Positions 13,573 through 26,298 of a stretch of DNA of 64,000 nucleotides are shown one piece after another; within the stretch, counting starts at the first letter, position 1, and each line of letters opens with the position of its first letter. Made by a program: the position numbers and the translations under genes. The stretch comes from Paramecium tetraurelia (taxonomy: Eukaryota), in the NCBI GenBank assembly GCA_000165425.1, contig CT868020.1, forward strand, positions 1-64,000, read 5' to 3'. A model generated the notes under the pieces. That model saw nothing but the letters and a program-made list of their open reading frames with translations, was not told the origin of the DNA and ran no database searches.

Positions 13573-15156
13573 ATGCAATATAAATCATATATTGATCCTT
13601 TTCTAAATAAGCAAATCAACAACCAAAAACCTTATCTGAATAGAAGTCCTAGTTTTCATAACCCCATCCAAAATTGTATCTAATATTTAGCATCACTCTT
13701 AGCAATATTATGTAAGAGCATCTCTGAATAGAAACTCAAGCTCTCCATTGATCAAGAGAGCCAGACCAAATTAAACAATATTGGACAATCCCAATGGGAG
13801 AAGTATCTCCATCATGCCTAAACTTTAGGATTGGATCCAAATTGCCCAAAAGAGTCTAACTTCAATATAGAGAAATCATCAAGCCTAAATAATTCGAAAT
13901 CAACCTCTCCCAACCTCGAATTCACAGTCCAAATGCCAATTAACGGTTCAATCGATCTTTCTATATGGGTCTCCAAGAGATCAATTCATCATCCCAAAAA
14001 AGACCTCTCTTGAATCTCACTAGTACTGTTATCATGGTACTTCCAATTCATTTTAACTAAGATCTAGGATAGCACACAAGCCACCTCAGAACTCTAAACA
14101 TAGAAAATCTAATAGAAGTTCAGATATAATTTTATATTCCATTATATTATCGGATTGGGAGGATTTGGGAATGTTTGGAAGGTTGAATCCAAAAAAACTA
14201 GAATGATTTATGCAATGAAAGAACTCAAAAAAACCAAGTATTCTTCTTAACCTATTGAGAATTTTAGCTAAAAAATCTGTCAAATCAGTTATGAATGAAA
14301 AACAACTGTTATAAAAACTAAAAAATCCTTTTATTATCAATATGGTAGGATCCTTCTAAGATAGAGATCACTTATATCTAATCCTCGATTATCTATCAGG
14401 AGGCGATCTTCGATATCATCTATTGCTCAATAAAACATTTAGAGAAGAATAAATTAGTATTTAGATATCACTATTATAGAATTTTTTGTGGCTTGCATAA
14501 TTCTTGGCTTAGAATACATAAACTCCTATCAAGTTATTCATAGAGATCTCAAACCTGAAAATTTAGTATTGGATTGTAAAGGATATCTGAAAATAACAGA
14601 TTTTGGAATAGCCAGATATTATAAAAGTGAAAATAGTAATGAAACTAGTGGTACTCCTGGATATATGGCACCTGAAATAATTCTAAAATAAAACTACAAT
14701 TATTGTGTAGACTATTATGCAATAGGAGTTATTTGTTATGAAATGATAACTGGGAAAAGACCATATCTTGGTAGAACTAAAAAAGAAATACGTGATGAAA
14801 TGCTAGGCAAATAAGCTTAATTAAATGCCAAAGAGTATTTGTAGTATTCATTCAATCTGATTGAATTTACAAATAAATTGCTAGTGAGAAAATAACAAAA
14901 TCGATTGGGTTATTAAAATGGGATCAAAGAACTTAAAAATCACAAATTATTCCAGTCATTTTAATGGGAAAAATTGATAAACAAAACTATGATTGCTCCT
15001 TATCAACCTAAATAAGAAGATAGGAATAGACCCTGTCAAAAGACTAGTGATTCACAGCAAACAATATTTAACGAATAATTGAAGTAACTTAAATTTAAAG
15101 AAATCCAAATGCTTTTTGATGGATATACATATTAAACTGAAGACAAGATTATTTGA
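13573..15156 (+). CDS. AGC-group Ser/Thr protein kinase
   Basis: IGLGGFGNVW, YAMK, IHRDLKPEN, DFG, GTPGYMAPE, C-terminal hydrophobic motif FDGYTY; two tiny introns. Confidence 0.93.
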
Positions 15157-15198
15157 CTATAAATTCTAAAATCAACAATTATTCAAATATCTCTGCAT

Positions 15199-16635
15199 TC
15201 ATAATTAAATGGATTAGAATGAAGCACTATCCACCTCCTAATATACTCTCACTAAATCTTCATTATTCTTGAACATATTTGCTTTGCCTCTACTTAATAA
15301 ATTGAAATCTTCTTTACTAAAATGCCATTCAATCTATCCTCTATTCACATCAACCTTAATCATAGTAATTGAATTATCAAACACCTACCCACAATTACTA
15401 GATTTTATTTCTTCTTTTGCCTATATTCCATATTAATGCGTATGATATAGCTGATTTCTTCCGAAATGATTTATTAGAAACAATTAAATTCTAGACAATT
15501 CATAGATGATATTAGTATATACTAGTTTCTTTTTTGCTTATGCTATCAATTCTTTGCATATTTTTAGGTCTTTCTTATCTTTAGATTTCTTCAATTCAAT
15601 GTAATCCAAAAAGTAAAAACCCAAAACCTTATCAACAAGATCGCAATCCAATAATTACTCGTTGTAATAATTAAGCAGATATTAAATAGTCATTAATATA
15701 CTCATTATTGATCCCACTTAAGCTAGTATTTCACCTAATTTTGGATATACAATCTAAGTATCAATTGACATCGGATCAAGACGAATAAATAGATTAAGAT
15801 ATGAGTTCTTAACTAATAGAGTAGACCAAAATTGATTAGTTGTTGCACTTGTTATTAACTAGGCATTGTAGATAAAGCTTTTTGATTCAGAACTACTGAA
15901 TAAAATGCCAGTATCTATAGTAGCTTATGTTTAAGTCAATATCAATTAACCCTAATGAGAGATCTGAGAATCAAAGGTTAAATAATATTATTTCTTCACT
16001 GCCTAGAACTTTTATGAATATGGATCATACTACTTTAAATTCAACCAGAAACTGATATAATTAACAGATTTTTCAAAGAACTCTTTAATTTCTTCATCAG
16101 ATGCACACTCATATCCAATATCAAATAGAGTGGCATTACAAGAAGTGATTACTATCATAAGTTCGGTTGTATCATTCAAATCGTTATCAAAACCACTATT
16201 TTGAACTAAGGATAGATTGTCAACTCTTAAAAGACTTGTATTATAGGGGGAAATTGTTTGTGACTAATCTAAGAGAGAAAATGGTTTTTATGGAATACCA
16301 TTAATAAAATAGATTCCAATAGGAGTTAATATGTTACGTTAGAATCTGAATGGATCTACCTACTCGTTGCTATACTTCCAATAGCAAAATTCAAATAAGG
16401 CATCTTCATTATAAAAAATTTGAGAGTAGTTCTAAACTTTCATGAGGTTGGTTGAATTTGGTAGGATTTTGGAACTCCACCATTCATTCATTACATAGAT
16501 AAAATAGCTAAAACTAGCTACTAATACTAATATTGAACATATTCCACTGAGGATAGACTTTTACTCTTTTTCATCTAAGGAGATTTGTGGTTTATATTAG
16601 ACACCGAATATATCAATCATTTTAAGGTATTTCAT
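15199..16635 (-). CDS. Two-TM membrane protein (DIFG...YPKLGEILAQVGS family), paralog A
   Basis: 479-codon frame; MKYLKMIDIFGVQ, TM1 GICSILVLVASFSYFIYVM, TM2 after YPKLGEILAQVGSI. Confidence 0.85.
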
Positions 16636-16726
16636 TTTGAAATATATTATTTTTAATTATGTCCTGAAGTGTCAATAGAAAAAGACATATTTTGTAAATA
16701 ATAATGAATTTTAATTAATTTATTAT

Positions 16727-18119
16727 ATGACATAAAGAGAGGAGGTATTGTATATATTATTTTAATTATAATAAGACACCATATTTCAGAGAGTGTTAAA
16801 AATTAGGTGGTATTCAATAGAAGGACATCTATCTATCTCCAACAAAGGCAGCAACATATTTGTATCTACTTAATCATGTAAGAATTATGAAGTATGTGAA
16901 AGTGTGATAAGGGTGTTGCCATGCAATTCTGCTAAGAGACGAGTATGCAAATGGGATACAACAATTGAATAAGATGGACCAGCCACTTGTAGAATCCTTG
17001 TTCCTGTTCAGAAGAGAGAAGTATTGATCAAATAATAATTAGAAATGCATTAATGGTTGGCAGAATGTAGGGTATGAAGTGTTTTATTAGAACAAGGATA
17101 CAATTGCAGATCAAAAACAGTTGAATTTGGATTATGAGAATGATGAGATCTAATAGCAATTGGAGAATAATGAGAGGATGCTCACCAACGATTTTAAGTA
17201 TCAGATGAAGAATTTAGCTAAATTTTACAAGGAACTAAATCAAAAATATAGATTGAATGTTCAGGATCCAGATTTTAAAGAAAGAGTTTAGATAGCAAAG
17301 GAATAGTTATAAAGACAAAGAAATAAACCATTGCAGTACTTTAAGAAAGATGGTGTGAAATTCGTAGAATTGCTGCAAGAACTTATTTAAGCTGATAAGA
17401 GATAACCTACATTGTTAGAAAGGTTCAAAGCATTCAATCAATTAAAAGCATCTCAATTTAGAATCAAAGAGAAGCTACCTGAAAAGCTATACAACAAAAC
17501 AACCAATGATGAAGATCCGACTCCTAGAAGCAGGAACAAATTGCTGAAAAAATCTTGTAAGTTTATAGGGTAAACAAGCAGAAATGTTACGGATACTTTG
17601 AAAATGAAATTTCAATTAAAAGATAAATCCTACCATATGTCTAAATAATTCGATAATTACACTCCAAATCTCCTCAAAGTATAATCACAATCGTCGATAT
17701 CTTTTCATAAAAAGAATAAAACAGATAACGAAGAATATCTTGATCGACAACTCGAAAAATTCGCAAGTAGAATGATATAACCTCAATTTAATGTTTAAGA
17801 AATTAACACTGAAAACATCAACAAATTGATTGAAGTAATTATTATAAAATAAATTGAAAGAGCAAATCTAATTTAAAGTAATTATGCCTAAAAAAGATAT
17901 AATCCAAAACGTTGATTGCTCAATCAGAACATCGTAGTAAAACAGAGAGACAAGAATCAGATTGTAATGTATTCACTTCAAGATCAAGAGATAAAGATTC
18001 TACTAAGGCATCTATCATTTTTAAGCGATCTTAGTTGCTTACATCTTTTACCAATAAATCAGATTGTATTAAATGATGATTTATATTTATAAATAATAAT
18101 TCAAAAGGGAATGTTTTGA
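16727..18119 (+). CDS. Hypothetical protein, partly coiled-coil
   Basis: ATG, several tiny introns and long code-6 open frames; exon structure uncertain. Confidence 0.55.
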
Positions 18120-18158
18120 AATTAATTCATAAATAAATTTTATTTATTATTAATTATA

Positions 18159-19033
18159 ATGTACAATTCAAGATCCTAAGTCTCATGTATCAAATTAAAT
18201 TGACCATTTTTAGATCCCTAAGCATCACCTTCAAGTGGCAGAATTCAAAAGATCTCAGAGAAATTATCCACAATCTAAATTGGAGTAGAAAATGAGAGAT
18301 TTCAAAAACTTGAATAAGCTGAATAAAGAATTTAATAGGCTGAAGATGCTTTCAATGAATTCTAAGAATAGATTTTTACTAAATTGAACGGATTAAGGGA
18401 TCAAGTAATTTATATACCCATATCTGTGTAGTTAGGCAAATTATAAAAACAAGTAGAAGAAGATAAATTGGCTAAGGAATAAGCCAATGAAACTAAAAAC
18501 AGGGAAGTTCAAGCATTAGAAAAGAAATTTGAAAATGCTATTCAAAATGAAACATAAACTAGAAAAGAAGGAGAAACTAAAGTATTGAGATTATTGGAAG
18601 ATAAAACAGCATTGTTGAGAACTGAAGTACAAAAAGAAACAGCAGCAAGAGTAGATTCTATTGAAGGAATCCATTAAGGATTATAAAATGATCTACCCAA
18701 AATCTAAGAGGCCATCAGAAATGAAGCCAATGAAAGAGATGAGTCTGATCAGAATGTAAGTACATACTAACATTTAGGTTATGAAATCCATTACTGATGA
18801 ACTTGTTAAATTGAGTAATCTTATCAATGTTGAAAAGAGAAATAGAGATGAAAGTGAATAATCTATATTTGAAATGCTTAAAGATATCGTCAATAGAGTC
18901 AAAGTAGAATTGGATCAAGAAAAGAAAACAAGGTATAATTAATCACATAATTTATAGAGAATAATCAGAAGAACATTTACTCAGTTTATTGGAAGATACT
19001 TGTAATAAACTCAGTATTGCAGCAAATTTATGA
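18159..19033 (+). CDS. SF-assemblin / beta-giardin family striated rootlet protein
   Basis: Short Pro/Ser head then coiled coil with repeated E-x-x-x-R-x-x-x-E motifs, ending REQSEEHLLSLLEDTCNKL; four tiny introns. Confidence 0.85.
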
Positions 19034-19081
19034 TATTGAAATAAATACAAAATATAAAGAATATATTATATATAATATATA

Positions 19082-19561
19082 ATGCAATATCATTAATTTG
19101 ATAAGAACTTGTCTCCCTTACAAAGGTTGACTCTATTTCATGATGGTTCAATGACTAAGTTCTTAGAATTATACTTTGCTGAGAATGTCTAAACAGAAGT
19201 CATCAAAGAATCCTCTCAGTTTGATGATGACTATTTGTATGATTGGAAACAATTCATACCAGATGCTCAAATCTAAAGAGAAGTCATCCTAAAGAATCAA
19301 TCCTAAGGAAATCTCATCTATGCAAGATCATTATGGACTAAACTTAATTATGATAAAATTATGTAAGGCAACAAAAATACTGCTATTGGCAAGAATCTTG
19401 AAAAAAAACAAATCTCATAAAGAAGACAGATTTTAATTGCTTGTTAAACTAAATTACCAAAATCAAGTAATCTACCAATTAGAGATGTTCTAAGTAGAGC
19501 CTATCTAATTTATTAAGAAGATGACCTTCTAATGTATATCGAAGAATACATGTTATTTTGA
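19082..19561 (+). CDS. Chorismate pyruvate-lyase-like protein (DUF98/Ycf21/UbiC fold), 159 aa
   Basis: Intronless; LSPLQRLTLFHDGSMTKFLE, QREVIL, LIYARSLW, AIGKNL, LSRAYLI, LMYIEEY occur in the order typical of the family. Confidence 0.8.
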
Positions 19562-19573
19562 TAATTTATTTTA

Positions 19574-20302
19574 ATGTTTTAACAGCATAATAATACTATT
19601 TCAACGTCCCGATCTAATTCATCCATTAATCAAACACCAAGGAGATTAATACGTGTTGGCACTCCTTCTGGTATTGACAATGCAAGTGCTATGAAAAAGA
19701 ACGAAGAATTTAACAAATAAATAGAATTATATAAACAAAGAGAATCTCACTACAAGAAAATCATTTTTGCCAAAGATTAAGAAATATCAATGATGAAATC
19801 ACACATTTAGTAATTAGAAGAAAGTAAGTTCAAATTTAATATTAGATATCAATCAGAATAATCTGTCCAACCAAATATAAAAATAGATTTAAGATCTAAC
19901 TTAATAAGTCCAAATCTTGTTAGAATCATACAAGTAAAAATCTAATGATCAAAATTTAGTTAAAGGATAATTGAAATTGAAAATCTAAAAAAATCATAAG
20001 GTCATGATCATACAGAATTAGAAAGACAAGTTTTATAATTATTAAGAGAGAATTCTCAATTGATGAATAGTCTAACCGTTTCACACACTCAATAGGATGC
20101 CTTATCCAAAAAGAATAGTTTATAGAACATATCAAAAATTCATCCATAGGAGACTTCTTGGAAACAAAGGTTTATTAAATTGAATAAAGAATACTACGAA
20201 TTACAAGAAAAGCATGCCTTTTTAACAGCTGAATTAGAAAATAACAGATCTAACTTTCGATCCCCAAGTCTTGAAAGCTTTGAAGCTATTATAAGATAAT
20301 GA
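19574..20302 (+). CDS. Hypothetical coiled-coil protein
   Basis: Code-6 ORF with an intron gtaagttc...attag at about 19823. Confidence 0.7.
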
Positions 20303-20584
20303 TTATTTTCAATTTCTAGAACTTAATTTATTAAGCATATCAAGTTGAACAGTTTTTTGGATAATTTATTGGTCTAATATGGTCAATCAAATAATCTAAT
20401 ATATATAGACTGACACCATTTTCCATAATTTTCTTTTTGTTAATAATACTTTTCTTATAGAAATATTTATCTTTTAAATAATAGATTACATCTAAGAAAT
20501 GAGTATGAATAGAAGAACTGAATAGATAAAGACATTAATTAGTTTGAAATAAATATTTATTTGCATTTATTTAATTTTATATAC

Positions 20585-22211
20585 TCAATAAGATTTTCTT
20601 ATTAGATCTACAGCTTGATTGATTTACTCGTTCAAATAAGTTGCATCCTAAAGCATTTTAAATTAATCTTCCAATCCATAATTTTCAAAATCTAATAGAA
20701 TTCCTGTCACTTGAGGTGCCTAAAGATATTATAAATAAATTACCAATTTTTACTCAACCTATTGGTTAACTAAAGGAAATAGGATTGCTCCTACTATGGC
20801 AGTGATTTTTTTCTCATTTCCTTAAGCTTACAGACTTTGTAAGAATTACAAGTCTGGCATTCTTGGTTGGTGTGGTCTTTGTTAGTTATGATATTGATTA
20901 GATTATTGATTTGAGTATTAATTTCTCTTAGGTCTGTGTGGATTATAATTACCTTATTATTGAGTGAATCCTGGTTAATAAGGGGGTTATTGAGGAGGAT
21001 AACCAGTAGGATATTGGGGTGGTTATTATGGATAAGCACCATAGGGAGGGTTTTGATAGTTTGGATATCCTTAGAATGGTTATTAGTATGGGAAGGGAAT
21101 GGGTTAAGGATAAGGTTAAAAGGCTGGTTTCTATTGTGTTTTTTTGAATTGGATAATTTCTGCTGGACTCAACATTGGAGAGATTTGCACAGTCAATTTA
21201 TCATACAGATCAAATATTTTTTTAGTTTTGACAGCCAAATCAATGACTTTTTTACCATCTTCAGCAGATTTCAAATAGATATAAGCTGTTAATTTATTAG
21301 ATTTGTTTGGTGGTAATAATTGAATATCATCTAGAACAACGATGGATTCATATGCTTCTCTGAGTTATTGTTCAGTGACTGTGGGTTTAAGGTTTTTGGT
21401 GTATAGATTAGCTTCAATATTGTCATTTGAATTGACAGCCCATTAAATGGTAATAGTTTGGTTTTGGAATGTTTTGGAAGCTTTGACTGCTTTATATGCA
21501 TCTTCTGAATTTTCAAATCTAACAAATGCAAAGTATGTTTGATTTTTGGGATTTACATTGACTTAGATGGATTCAATTTTGCCATATTCAGAGAAATAGT
21601 TGTCCAACAATGGTTTAATTTGATCCAAGGGTTATTAGGACTTGATATTAGAGATGAACAGTTAATCTCTCTTGATTTGTTATAGTTTACCCTTCTTGAT
21701 TGCTCTAGATGTATATTTGATTGAATTACCTTGTGATATGCAATCCCAAATTTGCCTAATCTGCCAGACATTGTTCAGCGGATTTCCTTTACTCAAACTA
21801 GATATAGGCCACTCCAGCCTTATCAGACATCTAAACTTTGATATTCAAGATCTTTCCATATTTTTATAATTTCTCTTTCACTTACAATTGGGTAGTTGTG
21901 GGACTTAATCCATCTATGAATATATTTGCCTCTTCATCCAATTTATCCATATCCAAGTATTCATTGACATCCAAGTTCTTTCCTTCTATAGTGACTGTCT
22001 TGGATGTTGCTTTTTTCACTATTTGATTAAATTAATTTGTACCTGCATCATGAGAATCAAATACTATGAATACTCCATTTGACTTGGCATTTTGCTATAA
22101 TTATTCGATCTTTCCGAACTCAGAGAATGCTTATTTCAACTATTCAAGGGTAGTTTCAGACTTATACTAAGTTACATACACACACCTATCATGAAGAGTT
22201 GATTAAATCAT
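20585..22211 (-). CDS. Polyadenylate-binding protein-like (about 4 RRM + Q/P/Y linker + MLLE), divergent
   Basis: RNP motifs (NIFIDGL, GVAYIQF, TYFAFVRF, TAYICFK); C-terminal MLLE-like APQVTGILLD...QINQAVDLI. Confidence 0.85.
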
Positions 22212-22256
22212 AAATAATTATTTAATGATTAATTCACTATTTTTAATTATTAATTA

Positions 22257-22937
22257 ATGGAAACTAAGTGTAAAAGAAATGGTTGTAAGAAAGCTTACAA
22301 TGAAAATGAAAATAATGATCAAGCATGCAGACATCATCCTGGAAAACCCATTTTTTCAGATCTCAAAAAAGGATGGACATGTTGTAATAAGATAGTCTAC
22401 GATTGGGATGAATTCATGAAAATAGAGCCATGTGCAGTTGGCAGACACACCAATGTTGAAGCTACTGAAGGCAGTGAATTTTATTAGTCAAAGACTGTAG
22501 AGAATGCATAAAAAGGTATTATTGCAATTTCTAGAATATTAGGAATTGATAACTTTGCTAATAATGCTCCTCAGCCTGTTAGAAAAATAGATGACTACAA
22601 TAAAGAAGAAGCGGAAAAGAAGAAATTGCTAGAATAATAATAAGGTTTCACTTTCTAATTCTACTAATTTAGCTTAAGTATAAAAATAAATCTTTGTTAC
22701 TCCTGCTGGAAAACATAAATGCACCAATAAGGGCTGCTTGAAAGAATATGATCCTAAAGAAAATACTGAATGCTTTTATCATCCAGGGGAACCTTGTTTC
22801 CACGATCTTAAGAAATTTTGGACTTGTTGTAAAGTAGTGTCATTCATTTATTTCCAAAGGTTGAAAAATATGATTGGGATGAATTTATGAAAATACCAAC
22901 TTGTGCTAAAGGATCGCATACACCTAAAGTAGTTTGA
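22257..22937 (+). CDS. CHORD-domain protein (two CHORDs, no CS domain)
   Basis: Two copies of C-x4-C...C-x-x-HPG-x-P-x-F-x-D-x-KK-x-WTCC...DWDEFMKI-x-x-C-x-x-G-x-H; three tiny introns. Confidence 0.93.
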
Positions 22938-23019
22938 AAATCAATATTAAATTATCAACATACAATACAATTTTTATTTTTACATACATAATCTGGCTGT
23001 TATTAAATTAAATTAACAA

Positions 23020-24712
23020 ATGAGAACTAATCAGGGATCTAATAATGATCTTCTTAATAGAAACAACCAAGGAAGAAGAGAAATCGATTAATTGATCAGT
23101 ACCTCTCCGAATGGATGGAAAGATCCTACTGTCTAAAATACTTCAGGATATGTTTCTAGAGAAAAATACAATAAACTCAAGGATCTCAACTCTAAATTGA
23201 AAGTACAGCATCTACTAATTTGTAGTCGACTTTAAAAGAGTATATTCAAGACACCAAGGACAAAGAAAGACAATTATAAATGAAAGAAGAACAATTAATT
23301 AAGTATGAAAAAGAAAGGGTCGACTCCTAAAATAAAGGCAATGAGGAACTCAAAACATAACTAAATGAGTTAAAAATTAAATTGTAAAAGAAAAAGACTA
23401 AAATCAGGTTACTCAAGGAATAATCAAAAACCATTGATTCTCGGTTGGACGATAAGTAATCCAATTATCAAGTCGAATTCGATAGAGTGTAACGTATGTA
23501 TGATTCCTAATTAAATGAAATGTAACTATTCTAATGATCATTTAGAAAAGAACAAGAAAAAAGATATTTGATTTTAAAAGATGAAAATAATATATTAAAA
23601 CAAGCCTTATAATCAAAAGAAGATTAATGCAGATATTTCGAAATGGGAGCTCAAGATGATAGGTAACATTTACAATTATTGGAATAAAAAATCAAAGAAT
23701 TATAAGAAGAAAAGAAAATATTATAAATAGCAATTGACAATTAAACAACTAAAATTGATGAAACAGAAAAGTTCATCAAGTTAAATGATTCACGTCATTA
23801 ATAAGAAATCATTAAAATTGAATCAGAAAAATAACAACTTCAAAATGAGTATCTTTCATAAATTACTTAAAAAAAAGACAAAGGCAAATCCTTTTAGCTT
23901 CAAATCTAATTATTAGAATAATAACTAGCTCAATAATAAAAAGAAGAACTATCATTTAGTAAAATCGTTTAAGGATAAAAACAGGATTACTTAAGGTTGC
24001 AATCATAACTTGAGGACTAAAAATATAAGACTGACTAGGCTTTAAAGGAAACAAGTTTTAAAGCCTAAGAAGTTAAGGAATTGAAATTGAAGTTAGAATC
24101 TCAAAAATCGATAGTCTAAACTTATGAGGATAAATTAGCTTAATATGATATCTAATATTAATTAGATTAAAATGAAAAATAATAGATGTTATTTGATATT
24201 AATCAAATTGATTAGGAAAATAAGAAGTTGTAGCATCTACTCTATGAATCTGATAAAGATATATCATACTTAAAATAATAACATGAAGATGTAATCATTA
24301 TAATTTATACTTGTAGGATTTACGTTAAATTGAAAGAAAAATAGAATCTTTGATTCGTTAATTAAATGAATCTAAGGAAGAGATATAAGAATAAAAAAAA
24401 TTAATCTAAGAATTGAAAAAACAAATTATCTCTAGCGATGAATAAGCAAATGTTTTTAAAAACAAATATTTAAAGGTTAAATAAAACTAAAAAACATTAT
24501 AATCAGAATAAAAATATGTAATCATATATTTGATAATTCTTTAGTTAGAGGAAAAAGTCAAATTGATAGAAAGTGAAAGAATTTTTGAAGAAAAGGAAGC
24601 TTTAAAAACTAAAGATTATGCCATATAATAGAGATCAGTCTAGTAAAGCAAAATCAGAGTACTTGATGAAATCTAAAGCATGATCAAACAACATAAAAAA
24701 ATTACAAGTTGA
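23020..24712 (+). CDS. Coiled-coil hypothetical protein
   Basis: E/K/Q-rich code-6 ORF with tiny introns. Confidence 0.75.
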
Positions 24713-24948
24713 TCAATCTAATATAATATACTTTATAGCTATAATCTATATATATGCTTATTATGAATTCTTAAATGTTATTGAAGAGTTGCCCATATTG
24801 ACAATATTTATTAACACTTAAATTAATTCCTATGCATTCCTATGCATTCTTATGAATCTATTGCAAAGTAATATAAATAAAATATTAATTTGATAAATGA
24901 TAAAAATTTCTAAATAAATGTTTCGTTTTTAAAACAAAAATATCTTTT

Positions 24949-25628
24949 TCAATAGAAAACTGCTTGTATTTCCCAATTGTATGGTCTCTTAATGTAATTT
25001 GGACTTTCTAGATATTTCTTGATTTATGGGAATTCAGAAATTCTCTTGTGAAATTCAACTAGTTTTGGCTTTGAAGTAATCACTTCAGGAGCCAATACCA
25101 GGAATTCATCGACATATTCCCATACCAAAAAGTCAACATAGGTAATTGTATCTCCGGTTAACCATGTTGAACTTTCTAATGTAGTGTTGTAAATTTTAAA
25201 AAATTCTCCAGTTTCTTTCAACATTGCCTCCTTTTTGGCTTCAGCTGTTTCTTTTCCTCCATAAACCCATTAAAAGAATGAGGCTCTGAAATCTCCAACG
25301 GATCCTCTAATGGTTGCGACCATTGTTTATTATTTGGCATCTTTGCCAAGTAATTCAGGTTTATTTACTTTATGAGCTAAATAATAATAGATGGCATCTG
25401 ATTCGAAAACAGTCTATGATAAATAAAATGAATTACGTGATCTCCATCTTTAAGATAGGGAAGATTTGTAAATGGACTATTGAATGTTTGATCGTCCTTT
25501 CCAAACCATTCTTCTGGATTAGTGTATCTCTTATCTTCATAGGGAAGCTCTATGTATTCAAGGAAGAACCTTAATGGTTAAGCTAATCCTCTAATTGCCC
25601 AATATCCAAGAATGACTTTGTTTTCCAT
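24949..25628 (-). CDS. Glutathione S-transferase, mu-like, copy 1
   Basis: LGYWAIRGLAQPLRFFLEY, NLPYLKDG, FESDAI, WLTGDTITYVDF; one 23-nt intron. Confidence 0.95.
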
Positions 25629-26298
25629 GTAAATAATTATATTTGATATTACATATTTGAGTAAAATAATGGTTCATTTAAATTTAATTATGGTAATATT
25701 ATAAGATTCAAACATTCTGTTTAATTATATTTAATTTAACATAAACATTTAGTGGAAATCATTGAATCGCGCCTTTTTATTGCATGAATTATGAAATTAA
25801 TTATTAGTTATTTAAGCTGGAAATTATAATTGTTCATCATATTGTAAATTGTTCAATTATATTTTAGTATAATAAAAGGTATTTTAAAATATTTACTTTA
25901 TTGAAATAAAGGGCATCGTATCTAATGAATATTATATTTTAATAAAGCATTCCTGCTTAGTGTAATTTTAATATATATTCATGTTATTAGTTGATAATTA
26001 TAACTTGATTATTTATTGTTAAATTTACGCAAAAATTAATTAAGCAATGTATGTTACATATATTACACTAATTGTAAGGAAATTATAATTAAAAATTAAC
26101 CAAAGAGGACTGTTGATCGTGTCCATTTTAAAACACATAATTTTAAACTAAAACTTTACCAAAATCTATTTTAAAGCCCTAATATTTTGATAATTTGATA
26201 AAAATTGATTTTAAGAATTAAGAAAGTTGAAAGCTAAAATATCAACCTAGTTCTATATATTACATAAAAATATTAATGTTTATATCATAAATTATAAA

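Noticed and set aside
20936..21292. 118-aa Trp/Leu-rich plus-strand ORF
   Set aside because: Antisense to the Pro/Gln-rich PABP linker.
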